44,452 nucleotides of DNA from Candidatus Giovannonibacteria bacterium RIFCSPLOWO2_02_FULL_43_54 (GTDB taxonomy: Bacteria; Patescibacteriota; Minisyncoccia; UBA11713; 2-01-FULL-45-33): positions 1 to 44,452 of the forward strand of contig MFIK01000037.1 in NCBI GenBank assembly GCA_001778875.1, given 5' to 3'. The translations under genes and the position numbers were made by a program. This document shows, piece after piece, positions 8,166-17,041 of the stretch. Positions within the stretch are counted from its first letter, which is position 1. Each line of letters begins with the position of its first letter. A model generated the notes under the pieces. The model did not search any database. It was not told where the DNA came from and saw only the letters and a list, made by a program, of their open reading frames with translations.

Positions 8166-8537
8166 TTACAGCAAGCTTGTGGAAAGTTTTTCGTAAACTT
8201 CGCAGGCGGTTTTTCTGAAAAATTCGCGTTTCCTCCAAAAGACATTATTTTCGGAAACATCATTTTTTTTGATGCGTCCAAGGTCGAGCGCTGCCATGAC
8301 CCTTGCGTGCCCAAGGTCTTTATCCGAGAGCGTGGGCTTTCCGTCTTCTATGCCCTGATAGATATCTTTCAAATATTGATATTTTCCTGGGCGCGAAGCG
8401 CGGCGTGCCAAAAATTTTTGCGATTCAATATGCCAGACAAAATCGTGTATGGCCACGAAAAAATCATAATTTGCCGCGGCCTCTGATATTTTTTGATATC
8501 TTTTGTCAAGCTCCGAGCGTGTTTTTATCGTGTTCAC
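8166..8537 (-). CDS. hypothetical protein (start uncertain; GTG at 8537 proposed)
   Basis: The track ORF 8166-8792 overlaps the CYTH gene by 188 nt. The first in-frame start after the CYTH stop is GTG 8537 (MNTIKTRSELDKRYQK...), with TACAAT 9 nt upstream. No family recognised. Confidence 0.35.
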   Translation of the reverse strand: MNTIKTRSELDKRYQKISEAAANYDFFVAIHDFVWHIESQKFLARRASRPGKYQYLKDIYQGIEDGKPTLSDKDLGHARVMAALDLGRIKKNDVSENNVFWRKREFFRKTACEVYEKLSTSLL

Positions 8538-8604
8538 AGTGCGTAAATTGTAGCATGCAGACGTAAATTTTTCAATAGCAGGCCTTATATAAAAAAACAG
8601 GCGA

Positions 8605-9132
8605 TTAAACGCTCGTTTCCATTTTCTCGAGCAAAAGATCGCTGTAGGATTTTTCAATAAGATCTTCGCCGCGTATTCCGAACAGACCAATATATTCCAG
8701 GCATTGTTTGTACAATTTTTCTTTTCCGATAGAGCCATTTTTATCAATCGCCTCGATCTCGACGAAAGTTCCAAGTCCGTATACAAAATCAATGTGAAAT
8801 TTGATGTTGTCTACGAAATAAATTCCCCGCACTTTTTCGACAACAGCCAGCATTCCTAAAGATTTCACAAGCATTTCTTTAAGCGCGGAACCAGGCTGAT
8901 TATCAAACAATATTACCTTGGACTCTTTCGGGCATCCCTTGGCTTCTCTTTCATAAAAAATGAGACAGTTCTCGATATTTCCTTCCCGCAGCTTCATGCG
9001 TCCGCACGGAACATTAAAGTACGTGTCAATTTGATGGTCGATGCCTTTGTGCGGGGCATTTTTATCTTTTAATACGTTTCTGATCCGATAAAGGCTATCG
9101 AGCTTCGCCTTGATTTCAACATTAAGGTGCAT
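8605..9132 (-). CDS. CYTH-domain protein (class IV adenylyl cyclase CyaB / triphosphatase-like)
   Basis: It has the N-terminal ExExK signature (LNVEIKAKL), is ~175 aa, and has a C-terminal FVEIEA strand typical of CYTH barrels. Confidence 0.75.
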   Translation of the reverse strand: MHLNVEIKAKLDSLYRIRNVLKDKNAPHKGIDHQIDTYFNVPCGRMKLREGNIENCLIFYEREAKGCPKESKVILFDNQPGSALKEMLVKSLGMLAVVEKVRGIYFVDNIKFHIDFVYGLGTFVEIEAIDKNGSIGKEKLYKQCLEYIGLFGIRGEDLIEKSYSDLLLEKMETSV

Positions 9133-9271
9133 CCTATTTTCTATATTCCTGGAAATAATTTAGCACGGCGCCAACTATTTATCAATTCAAAAATGCTCCG
9201 CGCGCAGATATATCCCTAATTCGAACGAATTAAGCCTGTATAAAAAATAACTCGCCCGGTTTATCCGAAGG

Positions 9272-10372
9272 TTATTTAATGTAAGTTTTCAGTATGGGTG
9301 GCGTGTCTGTCTGAACAATATCAAATCGCAGTCTTCCGATGACCTGGCCGTCCGCGGTTTCTACGTTCACTCTCCACGAGCCCGGAGAAACACCGGTTTT
9401 CATTGAATAGATTCTCCACCCTTCATCGCGCCCTCCTCGCGCGGAGAGATTAACTCTAGTTACCACAACCCAGTCGCCGGCGTTTTCATCATATCTTTGC
9501 CATTCATGGATTATCTCGGTATTAAACAGCGCCGGAGAATAGATCGCGCTGTAAGCATAAATCGGCGAACCGGGAACCCAATGAAAATTCTCCGTTGAGA
9601 AAAATTTTTGAAAGCTCTCGGCAACCTCGCCACTCACAACATAATTTCCAGAAGCGTCTTTATAAAGCGAATGATAAATGCCGGCGTCCGCAATGGAGAG
9701 TGGAATTGGCGGAATGAGATTTAAAAAATATAAAATATTTGCGAGTAAAAAAATTCCTAATACGGACGCGGCAAGCATACTGCGCTGTTTTTTAAACTTT
9801 TCTTTCGCGAAAAAACCTATGGCGAACACAAAAATAAATATTGTGAAAAGACTTATGAGTCCGCTTATTAAAAATATGTCGGGCCCGATGCGGTCGATAA
9901 ACACCGGTACGATATAAATTGTGAATGTGAGCAGCATCAAATAAAAAAGGCAGATCTGGAATATCAACCGCTCATAATTTTTCTTGAACGATTCATTGGC
10001 GATGAACGCCGCGGCGAGGATGAGCAGGAAAGGCCAGGAGACGGCAAGCGTTGCGCTCCTGAAATAAAAAACAAGGAAAGTGGAGAGGAGCCCGCCAAAG
10101 AAACCCTGCAGGAATGTAAGGTACCAAAAATGCGTCTTTGAGGCGTCTTTATGACTGGGAAGATCCGCCGCTTTATTTTCGTGAAAATTTACTAGTATCA
10201 GCAGTATAGCGATTATCAAAAAATGCGCCGCGACCCACAAGTTTTCCCAAAATTGGTCGATGTGCTCGAGGGTGAACCATTCGAATATGAACCCAATGAC
10301 GAGTGATGCCGACGATATCGGCCGTTCATTTTTTCCGTACCAGTCCCTCGCGATTGCGATAAAGAATTTCAT
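9272..10372 (-). CDS. polytopic membrane protein with C-terminal DUF2914-like beta domain
   Basis: Roughly 7 TM helices, then EIIHEWQRYD...GGRDEGWRIYSMK...GSWRVNVETADGQVIGRLRF. The family name is from memory of that motif pattern. Confidence 0.55.
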   Translation of the reverse strand: MKFFIAIARDWYGKNERPISSASLVIGFIFEWFTLEHIDQFWENLWVAAHFLIIAILLILVNFHENKAADLPSHKDASKTHFWYLTFLQGFFGGLLSTFLVFYFRSATLAVSWPFLLILAAAFIANESFKKNYERLIFQICLFYLMLLTFTIYIVPVFIDRIGPDIFLISGLISLFTIFIFVFAIGFFAKEKFKKQRSMLAASVLGIFLLANILYFLNLIPPIPLSIADAGIYHSLYKDASGNYVVSGEVAESFQKFFSTENFHWVPGSPIYAYSAIYSPALFNTEIIHEWQRYDENAGDWVVVTRVNLSARGGRDEGWRIYSMKTGVSPGSWRVNVETADGQVIGRLRFDIVQTDTPPILKTYIK

Positions 10373-10453
10373 TTATCTTTTCTTTTTTCTCATATATATA
10401 GCTATACAAACCCGACGATATATTGTTCATGAGGGACAGCCATGTTTGTGATC

Positions 10454-11395
10454 TTACGAAGCTGAATCTAGTAAATTTGGATGTCCAAGCAAGTAAGCGT
10501 TTCCAGCCATCTCTTTTTTGCTTTCCGGCTGGACGATGAGTAATTTTAGCGCGTCTTTTCCGCAGGCGATGGCAGGGAAGCCACCGGATTTAAAAAACTT
10601 TCCCGGCTTGATGCTTTGCGGAGCATCGATGACCGCTGCTTTTATTATTTTTAATTTTTTCCCTCCGGCATCCGTAAAAGTGCCGGGCCATGGATTGTAC
10701 GCACGAACCATCTTTTCTATTTCTTCCGCGTTTTTTGACCAGTCGATCCTTCCGTCTTCTTTTTTTATTAATTTGGTGAACGTGGCTCGCGAATCATCCT
10801 GCGGATGCGGAATAATTTCGCCATTCATCCATTTTGGAATGGTTTCAAACAAAAGCTCGGCACCAAGTTCAGCGAGAGCGTCGTGGAGTTGGGTGTAGGT
10901 AATTGAGAATTGAGAATTGAGAATTGAGAATTCGCGCTTCGCGACAATCGACCCATGATCTGTTTTTTCATCCAATAAAATTATTGAAACGCCGGTTTCC
11001 GAGTCTCCGTTAAGAATTGCCGACTGGATAGGGGACGCTCCGCGGTATTTGGGAAGGAGCGAAGAGTGAATGTTCAAAATGCCTTGCGGAAAAATATCAA
11101 TAAGTTCTTTTGGGAGTATTTTACCATAAGCGGCTATGATGCCGATATTCGGCATTAAATTTGAAACACGAAGAATAAAATCATGATCAAGCTTTTCCGG
11201 CTGTATTAGTTTTTCGTTGTACGCTTCATACTCTATGATCCATGATTTAACAGGCGATGTCCTTAATTTCTTTTTGCGTCCGGCGGGCCTGTCGGGAGAT
11301 GTGACAACGGCGGCCGGAGGCATGCCGTTTTTAATAAGCGCTTTCAGCGCGGGCACCGCGAATTCGGATGTCCCAAAAAAAACTATCTTAGGCAT
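10454..11395 (-). CDS. fmt: methionyl-tRNA formyltransferase
   Basis: IVFFGTSEFAVP, NIHSSLLPKYRGASPIQ, and the C-terminal domain. It overlaps def by 8 nt (def-fmt operon). Confidence 0.93.
   Translation of the reverse strand: MPKIVFFGTSEFAVPALKALIKNGMPPAAVVTSPDRPAGRKKKLRTSPVKSWIIEYEAYNEKLIQPEKLDHDFILRVSNLMPNIGIIAAYGKILPKELIDIFPQGILNIHSSLLPKYRGASPIQSAILNGDSETGVSIILLDEKTDHGSIVAKREFSILNSQFSITYTQLHDALAELGAELLFETIPKWMNGEIIPHPQDDSRATFTKLIKKEDGRIDWSKNAEEIEKMVRAYNPWPGTFTDAGGKKLKIIKAAVIDAPQSIKPGKFFKSGGFPAIACGKDALKLLIVQPESKKEMAGNAYLLGHPNLLDSAS
10901..10932. repeat. heptanucleotide tandem repeat (AATTGAG)x4.6 inside fmt
   Basis: aattgag aattgag aattgag aattgag aatt. It is read on the minus strand as FSILNSQFSI. 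Confidence 0.9.
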
Positions 11396-11927
11396 CTTTT
11401 AGTTTTTTAACATTCTTTGCCTTATCGATAAAAAGCATTCCGTTCAAATGATCTAATTCGTGCTGGATGACTCTGGCAAATAAGCCGGAGAAGCCGCGTG
11501 AATGTTTTTTGCCGGTTTCATCGAAATATTCGACATTCAATTTTTCCGGGCGCGTTACCTCGCCGTAAAACCCGCGCACCGAAAGGCACCCCTCAACGTC
11601 TTTGTTTTTTTTCACGGAAAATTTTTTTATTTGGGGATTTATAAAAACCAAAAAATCCAGACCCGGAATGAAGTCCGACTTCTTTGGAGATCCGGAGTCG
11701 GATTTCGAGGATGGTCTGATTTTTTTATCCAACCGCATAACTTCTCCGGACACCAAAAAAATTCTCAAAGATTCGCCGATCTGCGGCGCCGCGATGCCTA
11801 TGCCGTCGGGCTCTTTGAACATGACTTCGGCCATTTTGAAGATAAGTTCCTTTAAGCCTGAGGCGCGTAAATCAGCAACAGGCTTTGCGATTGCGCGTAA
11901 AATTTTGTTTTCTTTTTGTAATATCAT
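11388..11927 (-). CDS. def: peptide deformylase
   Basis: Motifs GIGIAAPQIG, EGCLS and HELDHLNG are present. It carries an extra ~25-aa Ser/Lys-rich loop (aa 68-93). Confidence 0.93.
   Translation of the reverse strand: MILQKENKILRAIAKPVADLRASGLKELIFKMAEVMFKEPDGIGIAAPQIGESLRIFLVSGEVMRLDKKIRPSSKSDSGSPKKSDFIPGLDFLVFINPQIKKFSVKKNKDVEGCLSVRGFYGEVTRPEKLNVEYFDETGKKHSRGFSGLFARVIQHELDHLNGMLFIDKAKNVKKLKDA
11650..11726. repeat. imperfect nested palindrome inside def
   Basis: Outer arms aaaaaatccagacc / ggtctgattttttt pair with one bulge. Inner arms aagtccgact / agtcggattt match 9 of 10. It encodes KKIRPSSKSDSGSPKKSDFIPGLDFL. Confidence 0.7.
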
Positions 11928-12262
11928 TTCTTTTTAAATAACTCATTCAGCATCGTTTGTCTAGGAAAATAACGCTCATAAATTTCGTCCAATTCCTTCC
12001 AAAAAGCATGGTTTTTTAGCTTCAATTCAAGTTCTTCCATTAGTGCTTTTGAGAGCATTGTTCCGATAGCTGGCGCTAATTTCTGTTTTTTTGCGAGGAA
12101 CCAAACTGCCATCATTTCAAGCTGGGTCCGCGAGAATTTTTTCAGCGCCCGCTCGGTTAATTTGCCGTCTCTGCCACGTACGATCTTCGGCGAAACATCC
12201 CTAATCTTTTTCGAAGCTTCATGAAAAAAATCGATAAATTCTTTTATGTCGTTTTTCGGCAT
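11924..12262 (-). CDS. hypothetical protein
   Basis: 112-aa helical, basic ORF overlapping def by 4 nt. No motif recognised. Confidence 0.5.
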   Translation of the reverse strand: MPKNDIKEFIDFFHEASKKIRDVSPKIVRGRDGKLTERALKKFSRTQLEMMAVWFLAKKQKLAPAIGTMLSKALMEELELKLKNHAFWKELDEIYERYFPRQTMLNELFKKK

Positions 12263-12270
12263 GCCAATGC

Positions 12271-13218
12271 TTAGGGTAAAATTATTTCCAAATAATTTTC
12301 GTCGTCCAAAACAAAAACCTTGCCGTTCTTGATAGAAATTATTTCAGGTTTTTTTCCTTTGTAAATCGGTGCGATATTTTGCCCTCCGGAAGCATTCATT
12401 TCAAGAGCAAATATGCCGTTTTGCATAGCAATCAAAAGATAGTCTGCCCAGCCTGGATATTCAAAAACCTGCCTGATTATGGCGCCGCGGGGAGAAGTAT
12501 AAACGGTAATGGACGATCCTTTTTGCCACAAAGGCATTTTATCTTCGCTGTCAAGCCAAATTGAATCGATATTCCGGCCGTCCCAGAGAACAAGCCTCTG
12601 GTCGTTATCCTCGAACGCGGAGTTCGGATAGTTTTTTAGAGCATCCAGCGTTTCCGTGGGAAATTCATTAGTGATCCTTGCTTTATTGAGATAAAAATTC
12701 TCGTCTTCGCCCAAGATGACATATTTGCCGCTGGAAAGAGGCCAGAATTTTTTGACTCCGGAATAAGTCTCTTTCGCGATCTTGTTTTCATAATCATAAA
12801 GTGTCCCATTTTTTAAAAATGGCTCGAAAATTTCCGGTTTTTCACCAAGTATTTTTCCTTCCGGATTCATCGGCACAAGTAAGATATCTTTTGAGTTAAC
12901 TTCTTCGGAAACAACCTCAAGTTTCTTTTTCCATTCCCAAAATCCCTCTAATTTTACGGTAACTTCATGGATTCCGGGCGTAATATTTTTTATGAGAGCA
13001 CCTCCGGACAGATATGAGGTTGTTTTTTTCGGTTTCCCGTCGACATATATTTCCGCTCCAACCTGCGATGACTTTATGAAGATGCCTCCGGTTTTTTCAA
13101 AAACGAATCCGTTCCCAAGCCTATAGCCCAGGCTATAAATCAGCACCGCGCCGACTAGAAGAAAAAATACCGCGATAGAGATCCAAAAAAGCATCCTTCG
13201 TTTGCGAATAGTAAGCAT
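12271..13218 (-). CDS. membrane-anchored PEGA-domain protein
   Basis: N-terminal TM, then a PEGA-like segment (GAEIYVDGKPKKTTS...ITPGIHEVTVKLEGFWEWKKKLEV). Confidence 0.6.
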   Translation of the reverse strand: MLTIRKRRMLFWISIAVFFLLVGAVLIYSLGYRLGNGFVFEKTGGIFIKSSQVGAEIYVDGKPKKTTSYLSGGALIKNITPGIHEVTVKLEGFWEWKKKLEVVSEEVNSKDILLVPMNPEGKILGEKPEIFEPFLKNGTLYDYENKIAKETYSGVKKFWPLSSGKYVILGEDENFYLNKARITNEFPTETLDALKNYPNSAFEDNDQRLVLWDGRNIDSIWLDSEDKMPLWQKGSSITVYTSPRGAIIRQVFEYPGWADYLLIAMQNGIFALEMNASGGQNIAPIYKGKKPEIISIKNGKVFVLDDENYLEIILP

Positions 13219-13258
13219 AATTTGATTTCCTGTTCAATTTAGCATAAATTTTAAGTAC

Positions 13259-14503
13259 ATGCCAGCATTTTTGATTAAAGGAGGGGGCGCGTCCGTCCCA
13301 AATCTTGAGGGGGAGATCGCCGTCGGCAGTTCGAAAAACGCTTCGCTGCCAGCGCTTGCCTCGTCACTGCTTTTCGGCGATATGCCGCGTTTTTTAAACT
13401 TGCCCGAAATCGAAGACATCAAAAGGATGAGCGAGCTGATATTGTCAGTTGATAGCGAAGGAAATGTGGATCTGGACATCGCAAAAAGGTTCCGCGCTTC
13501 TATTCTTGTTGTAGGGCCGCTTTTGGCGAAGTTCGGGAGGGCATCTTTTCCTCATCCGGGCGGATGTCTGATCGGCGCGCGCCCAATCGACGTATTTATC
13601 AACGGCTGGGAAGCGATTGGCGGAAAATTGGTTAAATCCGGGAAAACCGACGGCGGAAATTTAATTTATACCGTTGAAGCGCCCGGAGGGCTTACAGGCT
13701 GCGACTATACTTTTAAAGTGCAAAGCGTAACCGGAACGGAGGGCATGATGATGACGGCACTTCTTGCAAAAGGGGATACCGTGCTCCGCAACTGCGCGAT
13801 GGAACCCGAAATAGAATATCTTGCCGATTTTTTAAATAAGAACGGAGCAGATATCCGCGGAGCGGGCACCACCGAAATAACTGTTGCAGGGCGGAGCGGC
13901 AAATTACTCCGCGCAGTTTCGCCTTTTTTGGCGCCTCCCGACAGGATTGAGGCGGGAACCCTTCTGATATTGGGGGCGCTTGCGGCACGTTCGCTCGAAA
14001 TAAAAAATATCAATAAATGCGAACTCGCGTCGTTATTTGCGGCGCTTGGCGAAGCAGGAGTTGAAACAATTGAAACAAAAAATGGCGTGCTTGTTAAAAA
14101 ACCTAAAAAAATAAATCCCGTAAACATTAAAACGAAAGAATATCCTGGGTTTGCGACGGACCTGCAGGCGCCGTTTTCGGTTTTGGCGACACAAGCCTCC
14201 GGCCAAAGCCTCATTCACGAAACTATCTTTGAAGGCAGGCTTGCTTACACGGAAGACTTGAACAGGATGGGGGCGAAAGTTACGTTGATGGATCCTCATC
14301 GCGCGCTGATTACGGGCCATACACCGCTCTACGGCAGGGAACTTACAAGCCCTGACTTGCGCGCCGGCCTCGCTTATGTTATCGCCGCGCTAATCGCTGA
14401 GGGAGAATCAAAAATCTGCAACATATACCAAATCGACCGCGGCTACGAAAAGATCGACGAACGTTTAAGAGCTATCGGCGCGGATATCGACAGAATTGAC
14501 TGA
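13259..14503 (+). CDS. murA: UDP-N-acetylglucosamine 1-carboxyvinyltransferase
   Basis: GEIAVGSSKNASLPALASSLL, catalytic Cys loop HPGGCLIGARPID, and C-terminal IDRGYEKIDERL. Confidence 0.93.
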   Translation: MPAFLIKGGGASVPNLEGEIAVGSSKNASLPALASSLLFGDMPRFLNLPEIEDIKRMSELILSVDSEGNVDLDIAKRFRASILVVGPLLAKFGRASFPHPGGCLIGARPIDVFINGWEAIGGKLVKSGKTDGGNLIYTVEAPGGLTGCDYTFKVQSVTGTEGMMMTALLAKGDTVLRNCAMEPEIEYLADFLNKNGADIRGAGTTEITVAGRSGKLLRAVSPFLAPPDRIEAGTLLILGALAARSLEIKNINKCELASLFAALGEAGVETIETKNGVLVKKPKKINPVNIKTKEYPGFATDLQAPFSVLATQASGQSLIHETIFEGRLAYTEDLNRMGAKVTLMDPHRALITGHTPLYGRELTSPDLRAGLAYVIAALIAEGESKICNIYQIDRGYEKIDERLRAIGADIDRID

Positions 14504-14553
14504 TAAAATGCTGGCTGTTCACTTTATTGTCTGGATTATACTTATAATCTGCT

Positions 14554-14577
14554 ATCGCAATTTATAGATACAAGGAA
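14554..14577. promoter_or_regulatory. 24-nt direct repeat, copy 1 (TATAATCTGCTATCGCAATTTATA)
   Basis: 22 of 24 nt are identical to 15233-15256. It is quasi-palindromic around TGCTATCGCA and lies 3' of the 14597-15226 gene. Confidence 0.6.
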
Positions 14578-14596
14578 AACATCAGATATAAAAAAA

Positions 14597-15226
14597 TTAA
14601 TCCAACAAATCCTGAAAATGTAATTTAAGTTTAGAATCGTCATCGAAATAATTTGCTTCAAAATAATTTACAAAATTTCCAACAGCAAAGAATTCCGACA
14701 CAAAATCTATTTCATCTTTGCAGGAATAAGGGTATGCAAACACGCTTCTTTGAAGCGGATAAAAACCCAATCTGTGAAGATTATGGCGCAAGGCCTCCCG
14801 CGCCTTTTTATGTTTTTCCGGAATATCAAATATTACAATTCTCCATTTGCCGTCCCATTTTGATGGTTTCTGAAGTACCAAATTCTCAAGCTGATAATTA
14901 AGCAATCTCTTTTTTCCGGATATCGTAAGTTCAATAAACAATTCTCCATTCTTTTCATACATGGCGACTAGCCTGTTTTTTTTAAGTCTTTTAATCGCGC
15001 GCATAATTCTTTCTTTTTTTTTCTGCTTTTCACGAAAATCAGCTCTCTCCATATCAAATAGTTTTAAAAGTTTTACTGTTCCTGGCGCGACAAGCAAAGT
15101 TAATAATACCGCGCCGGTACCTATCGCCGCTAAAACTTTTTTAGACAGCTCCCATCGCCCGCTTTGTGGGATATCGATTTCTGCAAATTTACCCTTATGC
15201 AATTTATATTTTTGCTTTAATGACAT
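14597..15226 (-). CDS. membrane-anchored PaaX-like / Cas2-fold-like putative regulator
   Basis: It has a TM helix, a wHTH-like segment (IKRLKKNRLV...LTISGKKRL), then WRIVIFDIPEKHKKAREALRHNLHRLGFYPLQRSVFAYP, the pattern shared by PaaX N-terminal and Cas2-like ferredoxin folds. Confidence 0.5.
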   Translation of the reverse strand: MSLKQKYKLHKGKFAEIDIPQSGRWELSKKVLAAIGTGAVLLTLLVAPGTVKLLKLFDMERADFREKQKKKERIMRAIKRLKKNRLVAMYEKNGELFIELTISGKKRLLNYQLENLVLQKPSKWDGKWRIVIFDIPEKHKKAREALRHNLHRLGFYPLQRSVFAYPYSCKDEIDFVSEFFAVGNFVNYFEANYFDDDSKLKLHFQDLLD

Positions 15227-15232
15227 TGTACC

Positions 15233-15256
15233 TATAATATGCTATCGCAGTTTATA
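15233..15256. promoter_or_regulatory. 24-nt direct repeat, copy 2 (TATAATATGCTATCGCAGTTTATA)
   Basis: It lies between the 14597-15226 gene start and mreB and contains a TATAAT on the + strand. Confidence 0.6.
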
Positions 15257-15364
15257 AGTCCAGAATTTATATATAAATGAATTACTCCATAGCTTGCTAC
15301 GGGTAATTCATTTTGTGAAGCCCATTCACAATGGTAAAATACAATGCTATAACGAAAGAGCAAT

Positions 15365-16378
15365 ATGCCATTTTTTATCAAAAAAATAGGGATAGATTTG
15401 GGAACCGCCAACACCTTGGTGTTTATTCCAAATAAAGGCATAATCTTGAATGAGCCTTCGGTTGTCGCCGTTGCCATGCCGGAAAATCGCGTTCTTGCCG
15501 TCGGCAACGAAGCAAAGACAATGATCGGAAGAACTCCAGAATCGATTATTGCTTATCGGCCGATGAAAGACGGCGTGATAGCTGATTATCGCGTAACGGA
15601 AGCGATGCTTCGGTATTTCATCGGAAAAACCGTGGGAAAATGGAATTTGCTGAAGCCCGATGTTTTAATTTCCGTGCCAGCAGGAGTTACTTCAACCGAA
15701 AGAAGATCCGTGGTGGAGGCAGCGATAAAAGCCGGCGCGAAAAACGCTTTCATTGTAAAAGAGCCGGTGCTTGCGGCGATCGGCGCTGGAATCCCTATTC
15801 ATGAGCCGCGGGGGCATATGGTGGTAGATATCGGCGGAGGAACAACAGATTCGGCGGTGATTTCCCTGGGAGGAATCGTCGCGTCAATGTCTTTGAAAGT
15901 TGCGGGAAATAAAATTGACCAGGCGATAGCGGATTATATAAAAAAACAATATAACTTGGCGATTGGCGACAGCACAGCGGAAACTATCAAAATTTCGATA
16001 GGATCCGCGATTCCGTTGGACGAAGAACTCACCATGAATATCAAAGGGCGCGATTTTCTTACGGGACTTCCACGGTCGCTCGACATTCGCTCAAACGACA
16101 TTGTAAAGGCTATCGAGAGCGAGTTAAGAGACATTGTAAAATCGATCAAGCAGGTTTTGCACAATACTCCTCCAGAGCTTGCCGCCGATATCATTGAACA
16201 GGGGATCACAATGACCGGAGGCGGCTCTTTGCTCCGGAATTTTAATGTTCTGATAAGTCGTTCGACGGGTGTTCCCACATCTGTCGCAAAGGATGCGCTC
16301 TACTGCGTCGCTAAAGGCACCGGAATCGCGTTGGAACACCTAGATATTTACAAACGAAGTATCATCGCAAAGAAGTGA
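15365..16378 (+). CDS. mreB: rod-shape determining actin homologue MreB
   Basis: IGIDLGTANTLV, VVDIGGGTTD, and TMTGGGSLLRN actin-fold phosphate motifs. Confidence 0.95.
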   Translation: MPFFIKKIGIDLGTANTLVFIPNKGIILNEPSVVAVAMPENRVLAVGNEAKTMIGRTPESIIAYRPMKDGVIADYRVTEAMLRYFIGKTVGKWNLLKPDVLISVPAGVTSTERRSVVEAAIKAGAKNAFIVKEPVLAAIGAGIPIHEPRGHMVVDIGGGTTDSAVISLGGIVASMSLKVAGNKIDQAIADYIKKQYNLAIGDSTAETIKISIGSAIPLDEELTMNIKGRDFLTGLPRSLDIRSNDIVKAIESELRDIVKSIKQVLHNTPPELAADIIEQGITMTGGGSLLRNFNVLISRSTGVPTSVAKDALYCVAKGTGIALEHLDIYKRSIIAKK

Positions 16379-17031
16379 GACCGCTTGAATTGATAAAATG
16401 CCAGTTAGCTAAAAAAACACTGCCACACGCGTATCTTTTTTCGGGGACGGATGAGATGGCAAAAAATGAGGCGACAGAATGTATTTTTGTGGAATTACTG
16501 AAAGTTGAACTGAAAAAAATCGGCAACCACCCCGATTTTTACCAGGTCGAATCAGACCCGATTACGATAGATGATGTTCGCGTTTTAAAAAGCAAGGCTT
16601 CCGTCGGACCGCTCGTCGGCAAAAGATGTGTTTTTTATATTAAAAAGATTGAAAACTTAAGCTGGCAGGCGGCCCCGGCGCTGCTCAAGCTTTTGGAGGA
16701 GCCCGGACCGAACAGTTTTATTTTGGCTTCAACGGAAAACGCGAACAGCGTTTTGCCTACATTGAGATCGCGCTTCGCGCATATTAAATTCACGGGACGC
16801 GCATCGTCAAAAAAAATCGAGAAACCGGCCATTCCCAAAAAAGCGCCCGAAGGGGACGAGGCGGCTGCATTTTTAATGGAAGCGCTAAATTACGCGCGAG
16901 TCCTCGCAAAAAAAGAATCGACACGCGAGAATGTAAGCAGATTTTCCGGCCTTTTGAAAGCTGTTTCAGAACTCTCTGATCCTACCGTAAACAAAAGACT
17001 TTTGGCGGAATACGCGATTATGTTATTATGA
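16375..17031 (+). CDS. holB: DNA polymerase III delta-prime-like clamp-loader subunit (short form)
   Basis: LPHAYLFSG, ALLKLLEEP and TLRSRF (sensor 1) are present. The GTG start overlaps the mreB stop. Confidence 0.7.
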   Translation: MRPLELIKCQLAKKTLPHAYLFSGTDEMAKNEATECIFVELLKVELKKIGNHPDFYQVESDPITIDDVRVLKSKASVGPLVGKRCVFYIKKIENLSWQAAPALLKLLEEPGPNSFILASTENANSVLPTLRSRFAHIKFTGRASSKKIEKPAIPKKAPEGDEAAAFLMEALNYARVLAKKESTRENVSRFSGLLKAVSELSDPTVNKRLLAEYAIMLL

Positions 17032-17041
17032 GCGATGAGAG

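Noticed and set aside
8538-8792. N-terminal extension of the track ORF 8166-8792
   Set aside because: It would overlap the 3' 188 nt of the CYTH gene in another frame. The extension (MILYTDLELSSRSRRLIKMALSEKKNCTNN...) looks non-protein-like. I kept only the non-overlapping part, with low confidence.
13705-14214. 169-aa minus-strand ORF (and other long antisense ORFs such as 5386-5961 +, 27931-28389 -, 3899-4219 -, 35546-35890 -)
   Set aside because: Each lies fully inside a confidently identified conserved gene on the other strand (murA, dsbA-like, dnaX, rpoD, nifU) and has low-complexity translation. They are shadow ORFs.
14597-15226. Bona fide CRISPR-associated Cas2
   Set aside because: Only the ferredoxin-like WRIVIFDIPE...LQRSVF pattern is shared. 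The protein has a TM helix and a wHTH-like region, and there is no cas1 or array nearby. A PaaX-like regulator is more likely.
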